Virus record (IMG/VR): IMGVR_UViG_3300026519_000008
Location: 28,374-92,373 of that record
DNA length: 64,000 nt
Source: a virus
Strand: one strand, 5' to 3'
Part shown: positions 1 through 10,432 of the stretch, piece after piece
Numbering within the stretch: position 1 is the stretch's first letter
Layout: every line of letters begins with the position of its first letter
Notes under the pieces: generated by a model
What the model saw: only the letters and a program-made list of their open reading frames with translations
The model's database searches: none
Told to the model about the DNA's origin: nothing
Translations under genes and position numbers: made by a program

Positions 1-243
1 GTCCTTCCCAGACGGAATCCTCAAAGTCTGAAGATCATAACAAAGCTGCAACGCTCTGCTAATACAAACATGGGAAATACCCAGGTCTACATTACGCCAG
101 CCCTCATGCAAACTCTCCATCCACCCATTCTTCATCAAAAACTTCCGACGTTCTCTGTCCATATCAGGCAGAGGGAAGCTTCTCCGCTTTCTGCCCTTTT
201 TCACCCTCCCAGGAACAATCATCCTCTTCTTTACAGGACTCAT
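1..243 (-). CDS. hypothetical protein, runs off the window edge
   Basis: ATG at 243 after GGGAGG; frame open to position 1 (MSPVKKRMIVPGRVKK...). Confidence 0.55.
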   Translation of the reverse strand, partial: MSPVKKRMIVPGRVKKGRKRRSFPLPDMDRERRKFLMKNGWMESLHEGWRNVDLGISHVCISRALQLCYDLQTLRIPSGKD

Positions 244-468
244 TCACACCTCCCATCTAAACAATTTTGCACAAAACCGAAAGCTCCGCTTATGCAGAAG
301 CTTAATCAATACCCTATGACGCTCACGTAAGTATTTATGAGAACCAATCAGTGCTTCCAGTGCAGTCTCTTCCGTGAACACATTATGGGCCTGCTTCATC
401 CCTATGCTTTTGAAATACTCCAACACTGGAGTTTTAGCGTCACCACCGTCAATCATCGTACTCTCCAA
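244..468 (-). CDS. hypothetical protein
   Basis: 74-aa ORF packed in the minus-strand gene string. Confidence 0.55.
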   Translation of the reverse strand: MESTMIDGGDAKTPVLEYFKSIGMKQAHNVFTEETALEALIGSHKYLRERHRVLIKLLHKRSFRFCAKLFRWEV

Positions 469-865
469 GCTTGGCCTTTACCTGCCGTCTGAATTCCTCA
501 TCAGCTGCGACCAAATAACCCCCACCCCACCGTCCGTACTTGTCCAAAAACACCATTACGTTGTGCCTGTCCTTCTCATCAAAGACCTCCCGCAACCGCT
601 CTCTTGAAAACCGAAGAACATCCTCGCCCCCAACACCGACAATGTGGAAGCACTGACTCAAAGCATGCGCCAGCTCCAACAACACACCCTGACGCATCAA
701 GTCAAGTCCTTCAAAAAACTTGTCCCGACCGATGCGGTCATGGGTCATATTACGCCCAACGCTGCCCAACGCATCCAGCATACTATTGATCTCCAACCAT
801 ACCCTGGACAATCTCAGGACATTCTGTTCCGCCTCTTTGATCGGGTCCCAATTCTCACCATTCAT
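449..865 (-). CDS. hypothetical protein
   Basis: 138-aa ORF with GGAGG SD. Confidence 0.65.
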   Translation of the reverse strand: MNGENWDPIKEAEQNVLRLSRVWLEINSMLDALGSVGRNMTHDRIGRDKFFEGLDLMRQGVLLELAHALSQCFHIVGVGGEDVLRFSRERLREVFDEKDRHNVMVFLDKYGRWGGGYLVAADEEFRRQVKAKLGEYDD

Positions 866-874
866 AGCCGCCTC

Positions 875-2488
875 CTAGACACACTCAGGATTGCCGTTCA
901 AATCAGCCGCTATAGCCCAATTCTCTTCAGGGGGAGGCTCATCCTCACAAGGCTCCGTAGACTGCAAAACCTCGTGGGTCAGCCCATCAGGCAAAGCGTC
1001 CACAAACCCAGAAGACGTGATATATACCAAAGTCTTTTTGGCCCGTGTCACAGCTACATAACCCAAATTCCTCTCCTGTTCAATTTGCCACGGCAACCGT
1101 GCATACCTAGACGGGACAAGGTTAGCATCCAACCAAAATACCCTATCCCACTCCAACCCCTTGGCCTTGTGAATGCTAGACAAAGTCAGCCTTGAAGACT
1201 TGTCCGCAAACAAATGCTCGATGGTATTGATCAACCCTGGCACAGACCGGGACCGCTCAGGCAGGTGGTCAATGATCACCATAATCGTGCCAACCTTGTC
1301 CTCTACCGCAGCAGCCCGATCTTCCTTCCCCTGCTCCTCAAATTTTCTAATCTCTCTGATCATATAAGCATCAAGCTTATTGACCAGATCATCCACACTT
1401 TCAGCATTCTGCTTTTTGATCAAAGAAATCAAACCTTGCCCAATCTCCCGACCAAGAACCGTCACTCCCACCCCGGCCCGAATGAACTTATAGGCCAAAG
1501 ACACCAAGGGCTTGTTGTTCCTGCACAGAATCACGTCATCCTTGGTAAACGCCTCCGCCGTATAACTGCTCCAGTGCTCTACAACACCCTCTGGGGCTTC
1601 AGGGGCCGCCTCAATATGAGAGACCCAATTCTGAGCTTCCGCCACCACCGCCTTAGGACACCTAAAACTGACCGACAGGGGCATCTCAAGGCAATTGAAT
1701 TCCATCACCAAATTCTTGACCGATTCCGCATCAGCCCCCCTGAAACCATAAATCGCCTGGTGTGGATCTCCAACAGCTATCAGACGGCCTCCAGGCTTCA
1801 ACATCATCCTGAGCATTTGCCGCTGAATGGCCGAAAGATCCTGACACTCGTCCACCAACACTACATCGTTTTTGAAGAATGGTGCCCCGTAAACTACCGG
1901 CATGTACAGCTGGTCATTGAAATCAATTTCACCCATGAAGGCTGCATGGATAGAATCTACCAAGACCCTCCTGGCACCCTCTATGGCCTCAGCCTCTTGA
2001 TCATTCAAGTCCACCTGAAACCTGTCGATCAGCCACCCCCAACTTTCAGGAGTATCCTCCATGAGAACTGTCTTAGGATTCCTAGGAGCCCCGGCTGGGA
2101 CCAACCCGTGTGACTTTGCCAAGGCCACCAGCCGCAACACTCCGGCTGGCATGCCCACCCTGGAATCCCAATACTTCTTGCAGATGTTGAAGGTCTTTCC
2201 AGTATCCAGCCGTACCCTCCTACCCTGGAGCACCCTCATCCACGCCCCATGCCCAAGCGCGTTCATGGTCTTACAGACCACGTGCTCAGGCATACGCTGA
2301 GCCAGTTCTACCGCGATTTTCTTGTTGAATGCCGCTGCTGTGATTTTGAGGTGGGATGGCAGCTCCGCCACCGCCGCCACCAGAGTGGAAGTCTTACCAG
2401 AGCCCGCCACTGCCTGGAGGCAAATGCTTCCAGACCCTTCCCGCAGCTCCTTGATGAATGCTAACTGTTGAGGAGAATATCTCATCAT
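875..2488 (-). CDS. UvrD/Rep-like superfamily 1 DNA helicase
   Basis: AVAGSGKT Walker A, VDECQD, VGDPHQAIYGFRGA, SFRCP, SIHKAKGLEW, YVAVTRAK. Confidence 0.93.
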   Translation of the reverse strand: MMRYSPQQLAFIKELREGSGSICLQAVAGSGKTSTLVAAVAELPSHLKITAAAFNKKIAVELAQRMPEHVVCKTMNALGHGAWMRVLQGRRVRLDTGKTFNICKKYWDSRVGMPAGVLRLVALAKSHGLVPAGAPRNPKTVLMEDTPESWGWLIDRFQVDLNDQEAEAIEGARRVLVDSIHAAFMGEIDFNDQLYMPVVYGAPFFKNDVVLVDECQDLSAIQRQMLRMMLKPGGRLIAVGDPHQAIYGFRGADAESVKNLVMEFNCLEMPLSVSFRCPKAVVAEAQNWVSHIEAAPEAPEGVVEHWSSYTAEAFTKDDVILCRNNKPLVSLAYKFIRAGVGVTVLGREIGQGLISLIKKQNAESVDDLVNKLDAYMIREIRKFEEQGKEDRAAAVEDKVGTIMVIIDHLPERSRSVPGLINTIEHLFADKSSRLTLSSIHKAKGLEWDRVFWLDANLVPSRYARLPWQIEQERNLGYVAVTRAKKTLVYITSSGFVDALPDGLTHEVLQSTEPCEDEPPPEENWAIAADLNGNPECV

Positions 2489-2553
2489 CCGCCTCTCCTA
2501 ATAAAAGGTCCCTGGGGACCGTGTCCGCCAACCTCCAACCTCCAGTACCCCGT

Positions 2554-2583
2554 AGGGTACCACATGTCACTGCCGTTTGTCAA
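2554..2583 (-). promoter_or_regulatory. sigma70-type promoter TTGACA-N18-TACCCT
   Basis: Intergenic, upstream of the helicase, TG-extended -10. Confidence 0.65.
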
Positions 2584-2587
2584 ACCC

Positions 2588-2782
2588 TCAGAAAGACAGC
2601 GTTCTGTGCTGTCGGCACAACAGTACAAATGCCTTTAGCACGTCTTTATCATGCTGCGACAAACTCGCAAACGTCAGAGAGGCATTAAGTCCATACTGAA
2701 GCTCAGTCCTCAACTGTTCGATAACAGGTTGCGCCTCTTGGAGGGCCTTTGCAAACTCTCCTTCGGTTGGCTTCTGAGCCAT
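2588..2782 (-). CDS. hypothetical protein
   Basis: 64-aa ORF with AGGAG SD. Confidence 0.6.
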   Translation of the reverse strand: MAQKPTEGEFAKALQEAQPVIEQLRTELQYGLNASLTFASLSQHDKDVLKAFVLLCRQHRTLSF

Positions 2783-3180
2783 CTCTTCCTCCTAGCAGAC
2801 ATCTCCCGCCTCCACCGGTTGTACCACGGAAGCTTCTCAGGATGCCGCAGACACTTAATCCGTGTGTTCTTACTCCTGTCAGGCCAAGACGAGATATAGC
2901 CTTTCTTTTTCAAACATTTCCCGCGCTCAGCCTCTACCCGGATCGCTTCCACAAGAAGAACTGAAACTTTCTGAAGCTTTTCAATAGAACCCCCAGCAAT
3001 CACCCCCTGGCGCTTCAATATCTCAAAGGCGTACAAAAGTGCTGTGGGACGTATATGCTTGGCATCCGTACTCAACTCCCGGACTGCTCTTTTGTACGCA
3101 ACCCGCCCAGTTCTAAATATCGTGCCTGGAATTGTTCTCCTCCATCCCATCTCATAGACCCTCATTTCTGCACCCACCAC
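2710..3180 (-). CDS. hypothetical protein
   Basis: 156-aa ORF; its 3' end overlaps the next gene. Confidence 0.5.
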   Translation of the reverse strand: MVGAEMRVYEMGWRRTIPGTIFRTGRVAYKRAVRELSTDAKHIRPTALLYAFEILKRQGVIAGGSIEKLQKVSVLLVEAIRVEAERGKCLKKKGYISSWPDRSKNTRIKCLRHPEKLPWYNRWRREMSARRKRWLRSQPKESLQRPSKRRNLLSNS

Positions 3181-3500
3181 TTGAGATCGTCAGGATTAAC
3201 CGTACCCCCGTCCGCCTTTGTCTGACAGTAGTCATAAGCTACATGGTAGGGCATCGGATGGTTGGAATAACCTTCTACTGACAGACCACTCATATCTGCC
3301 AACTTATCCAAAAACAGACGGATAATGGGATGGAACCTGAGATACTGAAAAGGGACCCTAACCTGCCCAAACTTTTCTTGGTACTCCTCCTTGATGAACT
3401 CAACAGCCCGGTAGAACTCCCCAACAACTGCGTACATGTTGCACGCATCCTGAATATCTATCGCAATCCTGTAATACCGCTTGACCTCATCATTATTCAT
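3162..3500 (-). CDS. hypothetical protein
   Basis: 112-aa ORF with SD. Confidence 0.65.
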   Translation of the reverse strand: MNNDEVKRYYRIAIDIQDACNMYAVVGEFYRAVEFIKEEYQEKFGQVRVPFQYLRFHPIIRLFLDKLADMSGLSVEGYSNHPMPYHVAYDYCQTKADGGTVNPDDLKWWVQK

Positions 3501-3527
3501 ATCCTATCTCCCTGAACTCTTGGGGCC

Positions 3528-3725
3528 TCAGCCCACCAAATGAAACACTGTACCGTGAATATCTACGACAGTGCAGGTTGTACCAACTCTCAAAACCCAC
3601 ATTCCAGGCTTGAGAGTTTCGTTTAGCTGGTCAACGCGCCGACACCACTTGGACTTATCATTCAATTCTATAAACTCTTCCTCTCCAGACACCCACACAC
3701 GTACAATGTACAGTCCCTGCGTCAT
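3528..3725 (-). CDS. hypothetical protein
   Basis: Start re-placed to the ATG at 3725 (MTQGLY) after AAGGAGG. Confidence 0.55.
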   Translation of the reverse strand: MTQGLYIVRVWVSGEEEFIELNDKSKWCRRVDQLNETLKPGMWVLRVGTTCTVVDIHGTVFHLVG

Positions 3726-3805
3726 AACTAACCTCCTTGGCCCCTTAGAGCCCGTTTGAGTGATACATTCACCATACCTCAAAAACGTCAGACAAAGCAA
3801 TGCAG

Positions 3806-3833
3806 AAAGAGCGGGCCGAATGACCCGCTCTTC
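3806..3833 (-). terminator. probable intrinsic terminator
   Basis: AAGAGCGGGTC-ATTC-GGCCCGCTCTT hairpin followed by a short T run, after gene 3856..4104. Confidence 0.5.
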
Positions 3834-3855
3834 CGATCTACGCCCCTGTCCATAC

Positions 3856-4104
3856 TCAATGATGGGTGCTGTAAGCCCCCTCCATCACGTCTAAGACCAT
3901 ATGGACGTCCTGAAGATTGACCGACTCCCACGAGTCATCCATTACGGCCTTCAGAATTTCATCACGCATCCGCCGTAGTACGTACACCCCAGACTCCATG
4001 AACCCAGGCACCTTGAAATTGATTTCATGTTGCTCACACAGCACCGCTAGCATTTCCATTTTCTCTGCCAGCGCCACCAACTGAGCCTTTACCAGATCGT
4101 CCAT
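3856..4104 (-). CDS. hypothetical protein
   Basis: 82-aa ORF with GAGGTG SD. Confidence 0.65.
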   Translation of the reverse strand: MDDLVKAQLVALAEKMEMLAVLCEQHEINFKVPGFMESGVYVLRRMRDEILKAVMDDSWESVNLQDVHMVLDVMEGAYSTHH

Positions 4105-4249
4105 CCATCACCTCTTGAGTACCCAGAGTAGAATTGCCCACAAACTAAAACTCCGCTTTTGCCTGCCCCGCCTCCTAACATTTCTGAATACTGAAATGTC
4201 TTTGCGTTTGGGCCACCGATTTACCGGCCGCCCAAACGCCACTTCCCGA

Positions 4250-4435
4250 CTACCCTTTTCTCCCATTCACATCCCACCTCCCTTCCTCTAGGGTCTCCCC
4301 CCGATCCAGCCGAAGGGCCTCCAGCTCTTCATAACTGAGAGGCCAACGCCACCTGAGTTGAGGCTGGTCAGTATCAGAAACAGCCCGCTCAAAGTAATCC
4401 AACGTTTCCTGCTTGACATAGCTCCCAATAACCAT
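4250..4435 (-). CDS. hypothetical protein
   Basis: 61-aa ORF, AAGGAGG SD, directly behind the promoter at 4461-4490. Confidence 0.6.
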   Translation of the reverse strand: MVIGSYVKQETLDYFERAVSDTDQPQLRWRWPLSYEELEALRLDRGETLEEGRWDVNGRKG

Positions 4436-4460
4436 GGCACCTCCTTTGTAAGATAAAAAG

Positions 4461-4490
4461 ATGATACCACAGAAACGAGCTATTTGTCAA
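4461..4490 (-). promoter_or_regulatory. sigma70-type promoter TTGACA-N18-TATCAT
   Basis: Near-consensus, TG-extended -10, intergenic. Confidence 0.8.
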
Positions 4491-4495
4491 ACCAT

Positions 4496-4744
4496 CTAGT
4501 CGTCCAGCACCTCATCGTAATCAGAGAAATACCGAATCAACTCCTCACGATAGATACGAAAATCTCCGCCATCCTTACCGACTGCCTTGAGTTTACCCGC
4601 CTTGATCATCCTATAAATAGTTACACGGTGTTTACCTAGAATCCGCCTAAGCTCAGCCATGTTGTAACTAGGCTTATCTGGAATCCCCACAGACGGAAGA
4701 ACAATATGCAGAAAATAACTGATGACTTTCTTCTGATCTGTCAT
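4496..4744 (-). CDS. small helix-turn-helix protein (excisionase/HTH_17-like)
   Basis: YNMAELRRILGKHRVTIYRMIKAGKLKA...FRIYREEL pattern; ATGA overlap with the upstream gene. Confidence 0.75.
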   Translation of the reverse strand: MTDQKKVISYFLHIVLPSVGIPDKPSYNMAELRRILGKHRVTIYRMIKAGKLKAVGKDGGDFRIYREELIRYFSDYDEVLDD

Positions 4745-5004
4745 ACCGGTAGACCCTCCCTTCTCGCCAGCCACTGCGGAATAGTTACCTGGATCATGTC
4801 TTCCTCCTTATCCAAGTCCTGAAATCTAAGCCCAGGCGTATCATCTCCAAGAACTCTCCAATCCACCAGTTTAGAGAGAGGAATCCAAACCTCTGCCGGT
4901 CCAGCATCTATAAAAACCAATACTGCATTCTGCGTATGAGTCATATAAATCCCCACGTAATTCACCAGCCCATCGCTCCGCCCAATCAAATCATTCATCT
5001 GCAC
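4741..5004 (-). CDS. hypothetical protein
   Basis: 87 aa with the EVWIPLS...IPQWLARREGL pattern common in small phage proteins. Confidence 0.65.
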   Translation of the reverse strand: MQMNDLIGRSDGLVNYVGIYMTHTQNAVLVFIDAGPAEVWIPLSKLVDWRVLGDDTPGLRFQDLDKEEDMIQVTIPQWLARREGLPV

Positions 5005-5008
5005 CTCC

Positions 5009-7075
5009 TTAAGTCTTCGGCCGTATGAGCCCTCGCCTCCGCCTCCTCGCGGTCAAAGACCCCTCCTCAACCTGGTCTGTATCCACGCCTCGTATTTTAC
5101 GAGCCCGCATTTTACCCCTACGATTTCGTTTGTCGAAATCAGGCCCTCGATACGAAGCCTTACGAGTAGCAATGATAAACACTGAGCCAGCCACCCCGTC
5201 CGCTAAGTCTTTAGATCCACTGGGCGGATGATCAATTTTCCTACGCTCGGGGTCATAAACCAGCCCAACTAATTCCTGCTTCAGCAGTGAAACTTCAGGA
5301 AGCAATAAACGCTCATCACGAATCGACGCCTTCAACTCCATGTATGGATCTACCTTAGCGTCAACTGATAAGACCCCAGCCCGAATCCCATTCTTTCTAA
5401 AACGTTGCAGCAAGGTAGCCGACTGAAACTGGTCAGCCGTCACCCAACCAACTTTCACTATCTTGGCAAGCTCCAGTACCAACGAACCAACCTTATCCAG
5501 GTCAACCTCATCCGACGTCGGTGGTGTAACTCCCAAAACCCCATCTGTAGAAATGATAGGGATCGGACCTGCCGGTACTAAAACAAATTCCTGCTGATCG
5601 TCATCCCACTCCCTACGTTCAGCCGTCATCTTGTACCCAGCCAACCTCGATACCCCAATCCCACAGAAGTCTCCGGTCAACGAAAGGTCAAGATGAATTG
5701 CATAAGTAGGAGACTCAACCTGCTCAAGAAACGAACGATTAATCAGCTTCGATACATCCTGTACAGTCGAAAGATCCACAAGATCCTTAACGAACAACTG
5801 CTGCCCACCAAAAGTCTTGGTATGCAGCTCCATGGCTTTAACCAGTAAATCACGCTGACGGATAAACTGGTTCCGACCTCCTACAGGCAATCCAGCTAGG
5901 TCCCTAATCGCAGCTTCAATATCCCTGGTAAAATCTGTCTTGTACTCAATCGGTACTTTGATAACAGAATCAAGATCAACCGCGTCACTGATCGAGTCCA
6001 AGATCCGACTCCGTCTTGAATCATCTCCAACCTCAACCAAAAACGTCTCTCCACTAAACTTCTCTTTGGGGATGGATTCCCACTGCGCCATGGTCATAAT
6101 ATAGATAGTACGAGAACCGTCCGCCTCCTCAGCCGCCTCTTTGATCTTCCTGTCGATAAAGTCCCCAGGGTAGTTAGCAGACGACACAATGAACAGTTTT
6201 CCAGGAACTCTGCCGTGATCCATAAAGCGGGATTTCATCCGCCGTATCAACGACGTGTACAACTTCTCAGCCTGATCGTATTCAGCCTCACCTGTATACT
6301 CTGCAAACTTGGAGTCCCGAACCCTGGCCATAAAGTTGACCTCGTCCAGTACTCCACCGTACACGTTCAACCCCAAAGCCGCAGTAGTCGATCCAGAAAC
6401 CGGCATGAATACTATGTTCCCGGGAAATCTAAGCTCAGACGTATAATTCGGATCAAATGGAAACAGTTTGGTGAAATAGGGAGACTGCTTCAACCTAGCC
6501 GCAAACTGCTCGAAAATAACCTTCTTAGCCAAAGACAGTTTTTCCGACTGATTGATGAAGACGATAGAAGATCCAGGAGCTAGCCCAAAGTCTATCTGAG
6601 GATTGTGATAACACGACAACCTGTACAACGTATAGGCCATCCCCATATCAGCCAAGTAATTCTTACCAATCCCAATCGCACCACCAAGAACAATCTCTAT
6701 CAGTGAATCAGCCCCTTCTCCGTGAAAGATATTCCACAAATGCTCCATGATAGGAGCACGAACAGCCCCACGCTGACCCATATAATCAGGAGACTCTACA
6801 AACTCCTGAATATCCACCATCCGATCTACTTTCAATCCGCGCGGCTGAAGAAGCATTTGTGGGTCTTCATAGTTCAAGGCCAGAACCCAGTTCTCCAACA
6901 TATGACGCGCTTGTGTTTGGTCTATCCACAAATCTCCTTTGTACTCTACAGCATAACACCCCAACCAAGTTACGATCTTCTCCACAACCTCAGGCTCAAA
7001 ATCATGTTCCTCAAGAAGGAATGACACCGTCTTGGCAACTACGTCCTCAAGAAGGTACCAGCTATTATCAGCCAT
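5009..7075 (-). CDS. terL: terminase large subunit
   Basis: Walker A GAIGIGKN, Walker B GVLDE, VSSA coupling motif, nuclease motifs HLDLS, ADQFQS and KIDHP..GSKDLAD. Confidence 0.88.
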   Translation of the reverse strand: MADNSWYLLEDVVAKTVSFLLEEHDFEPEVVEKIVTWLGCYAVEYKGDLWIDQTQARHMLENWVLALNYEDPQMLLQPRGLKVDRMVDIQEFVESPDYMGQRGAVRAPIMEHLWNIFHGEGADSLIEIVLGGAIGIGKNYLADMGMAYTLYRLSCYHNPQIDFGLAPGSSIVFINQSEKLSLAKKVIFEQFAARLKQSPYFTKLFPFDPNYTSELRFPGNIVFMPVSGSTTAALGLNVYGGVLDEVNFMARVRDSKFAEYTGEAEYDQAEKLYTSLIRRMKSRFMDHGRVPGKLFIVSSANYPGDFIDRKIKEAAEEADGSRTIYIMTMAQWESIPKEKFSGETFLVEVGDDSRRSRILDSISDAVDLDSVIKVPIEYKTDFTRDIEAAIRDLAGLPVGGRNQFIRQRDLLVKAMELHTKTFGGQQLFVKDLVDLSTVQDVSKLINRSFLEQVESPTYAIHLDLSLTGDFCGIGVSRLAGYKMTAERREWDDDQQEFVLVPAGPIPIISTDGVLGVTPPTSDEVDLDKVGSLVLELAKIVKVGWVTADQFQSATLLQRFRKNGIRAGVLSVDAKVDPYMELKASIRDERLLLPEVSLLKQELVGLVYDPERRKIDHPPSGSKDLADGVAGSVFIIATRKASYRGPDFDKRNRRGKMRARKIRGVDTDQVEEGSLTARRRRRGLIRPKT

Positions 7076-7913
7076 CTATGTCCTCTACTTCTGCGTCGAT
7101 AATAGCAGGTAGATCAATCCCATCACCGGATGTCTGCTTGAAATGCTCGATGAGCTTCCTTGTCCCCTCCACCATACGGTCCACCCCGCCGGGCACAGTC
7201 TTTCTAACATCCCCAACTACCCCGGCAAACGTATGTGACAAAGACACGTCCAGCTTGGTTGGCATCATGTCCCGAATACCAAGCTCCATTTCCTTCTTCA
7301 GAATATCCATACACTGTCTATGGTACAAATCTATATCCTTCTGGGCTAGCATAAGGATATAGTTGGAGTTCTTCTCGCGGGTCATAATAGCCTCAAGCCG
7401 CTCTTTCTGCTTACTCAAGGCCCAATGAGCCTCTGCCAAGGCGTCCCGCTTCTCCATCATCCCTACAAGCTCTTCCTTAGTCTGCTCATATTCCTTCTTG
7501 AGCACCCTGTCCTTGGTAATCCCCAACATCCTCTTCAAGCGCTGCACGATGGGAGCAGCGTACACTTTGAAATAACGCAACCGTAATGTTAGATCCCCAG
7601 TCGAAAACTCCTTCATCTTTTTGAACTTCTTCTGAATTATGTCCTCAGCTACAAACTCCTCCGGCCTACCTCTGACCACCAAAAGCAAAAAGACCTCAGC
7701 CAATTCGTGTATCGTAAGCTCCTGCAAAGGAATTAACTGTGGCGGGGGTTTACGCCCAGTAGGCGGATGAACAACCTCATACACACGCTTCCTCATGAAA
7801 GCGTTAAATTCCCCCTTATCACGAATAAGACTGTCCCCGGCCTTCTTATAGGAAAAGTCTTTGGACCTAGTACGCTCACGTCTTGTCTTACCCATCTTCA
7901 TCCCCCACCGCAC
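7068..7913 (-). CDS. possible terminase small subunit (coiled-coil protein)
   Basis: Immediately upstream of and overlapping terL; helical; ends IIDAEVED. Confidence 0.45.
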   Translation of the reverse strand: MRWGMKMGKTRRERTRSKDFSYKKAGDSLIRDKGEFNAFMRKRVYEVVHPPTGRKPPPQLIPLQELTIHELAEVFLLLVVRGRPEEFVAEDIIQKKFKKMKEFSTGDLTLRLRYFKVYAAPIVQRLKRMLGITKDRVLKKEYEQTKEELVGMMEKRDALAEAHWALSKQKERLEAIMTREKNSNYILMLAQKDIDLYHRQCMDILKKEMELGIRDMMPTKLDVSLSHTFAGVVGDVRKTVPGGVDRMVEGTRKLIEHFKQTSGDGIDLPAIIDAEVEDIDG

Positions 7914-8820
7914 CAGACGGAACCTCAGCCTCCCACAAATCAGCTTCGTCCGGCTCCTCCGGAATAGCCGTCAAAACACCGCGCTCGCCTAGCTGAGCAA
8001 TCTTGTCACTGTTCATCTTGCTGAGCAAAAAGATCACCAAGGAATCAAACGTCCACCCGGCAGCCCGGGTATCAAACGCCAAATCCCTAATCTGCTTGTA
8101 AACGCTCTTATCCAACCTAACCCAAATATGCTGCTTTCCTCCAAAGTCCAGAACCATGAAATTCGCCGGGACAGTATCTCCATACTTTCCGAACAGCTCA
8201 TTAAGTACCCTGGACAAATCATCTACGGTCTTGATTTCCCCAGCCGCTACCCGCCGGTCAAACTCTTCTCTGGTAGTTTGGTCAGTAATCATTTGACGGT
8301 GCTGCTCAATCAACTCCTCAAATTCATCTGCCTCCATCATCACCAAATCGGCCGCTTCATCAAGCTCACGTTCCCGAGCAATACGCTCCATCAAATGAAC
8401 CATCTTATTGATGTTGTTCTTCCCACGAATAGCGTTCATACGCACAGTGGCAGCCATACGCTCGATCTCATCCCCAGACAACTCTCCTGGAGCCACCACT
8501 AGAACACACTTCTCAGATCCAAGCTGCCTCAGGGCCTCGTACCGATGCTCCCCGTCGATGATAATGTAGTCGATTAGGTCAGGATCACCTGGAAACTCTT
8601 CGTGAATCTCATAATCCTCAGGCTTTTCAAAGGCCAAAAAAGGCTGCAAGAATCCATACTCCTCAATATCACGCACAAGTCTATTGAAAATTTCTGGATT
8701 CTGCTGGTTTGGGTTCCAGTCGTTCGGGATAACCGAGTCTAAACGCACAGCACGTAGGACACACGGCTTTCCCGCTACAATTACTTCCATTTCTGGATAT
8801 TTCTCTAGGTCCTGGGACAT
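7888..8820 (-). CDS. ParB/Srx N-terminal domain protein
   Basis: PNDWNPN, IEEYGFLQP, IIDGEHR, MNAIRG motifs. Confidence 0.85.
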   Translation of the reverse strand: MSQDLEKYPEMEVIVAGKPCVLRAVRLDSVIPNDWNPNQQNPEIFNRLVRDIEEYGFLQPFLAFEKPEDYEIHEEFPGDPDLIDYIIIDGEHRYEALRQLGSEKCVLVVAPGELSGDEIERMAATVRMNAIRGKNNINKMVHLMERIARERELDEAADLVMMEADEFEELIEQHRQMITDQTTREEFDRRVAAGEIKTVDDLSRVLNELFGKYGDTVPANFMVLDFGGKQHIWVRLDKSVYKQIRDLAFDTRAAGWTFDSLVIFLLSKMNSDKIAQLGERGVLTAIPEEPDEADLWEAEVPSGAVGDEDG

Positions 8821-8856
8821 ATTAAAACCTCGCGTGGGGAAAGACGAACAGCACCC

Positions 8857-10347
8857 CTACAGAGTACGCTTGAACCGACCATCGCGTGGGGAAAGACTGA
8901 CCAACCTGTCTCTAAGAAAATGGAAAATATCCTCAGCCGAACACGCCCGCTGCTGACCGATATTACGCCCGATCTTTACACAGATATGCTTGTTCAACCG
9001 TCCGAGGAGATCTTCAAAATCAAACTCCTCGTCCACAGTAGTCTCCTCTTCAAAGGCCGCCACAATCTTAGAGCGAGACCTCCGCCATTGTACAGCCATA
9101 CGATCGTCCACAAGACCACGGACGACCTCATAGAGTTTGTCGGCACCCTCAGACACAAAATTACAAGACTCAGGACGCGCTCTAGCAGCCAAAAACCGAT
9201 CCGCCTCTTCATCCGTGATCCTGCCGTCACGAACACGTTTAATGAGCGCAATCGCTTCAACCTCGTCATTGTAATAAAACGGGTAGTCTGGACCCATAGC
9301 AGTTCTGGCCCACGCCCTATTAGGCAACAACACAGGAACCCCGATATATACGGCCTCTCTTGGAACGATGCAGTACCCCTCACAGATACTGGCGTACATC
9401 AGACAGTCTATGGATGGAAGCAGCTTCCCGGCATAATCCTCCCGCGATGCAATAGAACCACCCATGTTCTCCACTACAGTTTCAATATCTGCATCCGAGA
9501 AAAGCCGTTTAGTGGCCTTAGGAAGCCCCTTAGTAGCCCTGATCTTCAGTTTGATCCCGTGTAGAACGAACAGAGGCTGAATGACATCTAGGATAAACCG
9601 CACATTTTTGTTGGCAGACATCCGACCCAAAAACGTTACAGCAAAATCATCACCCTTGCGTGATTGCAGAACATTTCTAATCTCATCGTCAGTACGCTCA
9701 TGTCCCTTTAGTACGTCCGCAATACCGCATCCGATGATCGAATGCTTAAGCCTAAGATTTTGTACTTCAGTAGGAGACAGAAACCGTCTGGCAATCCGCA
9801 TTCCTCTATTGTATTGATCCTTCGTTGTCCACACTACATGATCAGCCATCAAGTAGGAGGCAGCCTCGGCATATAGATGAAAAGCACTCTTTGCCCCGAC
9901 CGTCTTCCCAGCCTTAGAAAGCGGATTGATCACAGCATCTTTTCCAGCATTCAAACAGATATACACGAGAGGGATATTTGTAACCAGGCGATGATCTACA
10001 GCCTGGGCGGCTAAGTGGGGGATCACATGAATTTTATTAGAAAGGATGAAGTCTACAGGACAAAGCTGATCCAACAAATATCTATCCGCATTCACCTGAT
10101 CCACAGCATGGAGGTACCTCCACGATGGAGAAGGTTCCTCTTCAGCATAAACAGGCTGGACACCTGAGAACTCTACATCATTATTTTTCTCAAACTCAGT
10201 ACGAAATGACGGCGGAAGATAAATTAACGACCGTACTCCATGCTGTTGAAACATGTGCATCAACGGTTCGTAAATACACAAGAAGCCAGAATCGCTCCAT
10301 AGGCGGTCTGGGCCCAACGCGATCCATGGAACTCCAAATCCGATCAT
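8857..10347 (-). CDS. GT-B fold glycosyltransferase (GT4/Glycos_transf_1-like)
   Basis: FLGRMSANKNV and ASICEGYCIVPREA (E-x7-E) motifs. Confidence 0.8.
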   Translation of the reverse strand: MIGFGVPWIALGPDRLWSDSGFLCIYEPLMHMFQQHGVRSLIYLPPSFRTEFEKNNDVEFSGVQPVYAEEEPSPSWRYLHAVDQVNADRYLLDQLCPVDFILSNKIHVIPHLAAQAVDHRLVTNIPLVYICLNAGKDAVINPLSKAGKTVGAKSAFHLYAEAASYLMADHVVWTTKDQYNRGMRIARRFLSPTEVQNLRLKHSIIGCGIADVLKGHERTDDEIRNVLQSRKGDDFAVTFLGRMSANKNVRFILDVIQPLFVLHGIKLKIRATKGLPKATKRLFSDADIETVVENMGGSIASREDYAGKLLPSIDCLMYASICEGYCIVPREAVYIGVPVLLPNRAWARTAMGPDYPFYYNDEVEAIALIKRVRDGRITDEEADRFLAARARPESCNFVSEGADKLYEVVRGLVDDRMAVQWRRSRSKIVAAFEEETTVDEEFDFEDLLGRLNKHICVKIGRNIGQQRACSAEDIFHFLRDRLVSLSPRDGRFKRTL

Positions 10348-10432
10348 AATCCCACCTATCTGAAATTGATTTCAGGTATACAAACGGACGCCCCGGCAGT
10401 CTTATGACCACCGGGGCAAGAAGTATTATGAA

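Noticed and set aside
4496-4744. Excisionase implying an integrated prophage
   Set aside because: No integrase, att site or host genes are visible; this HTH type is also a generic regulator.
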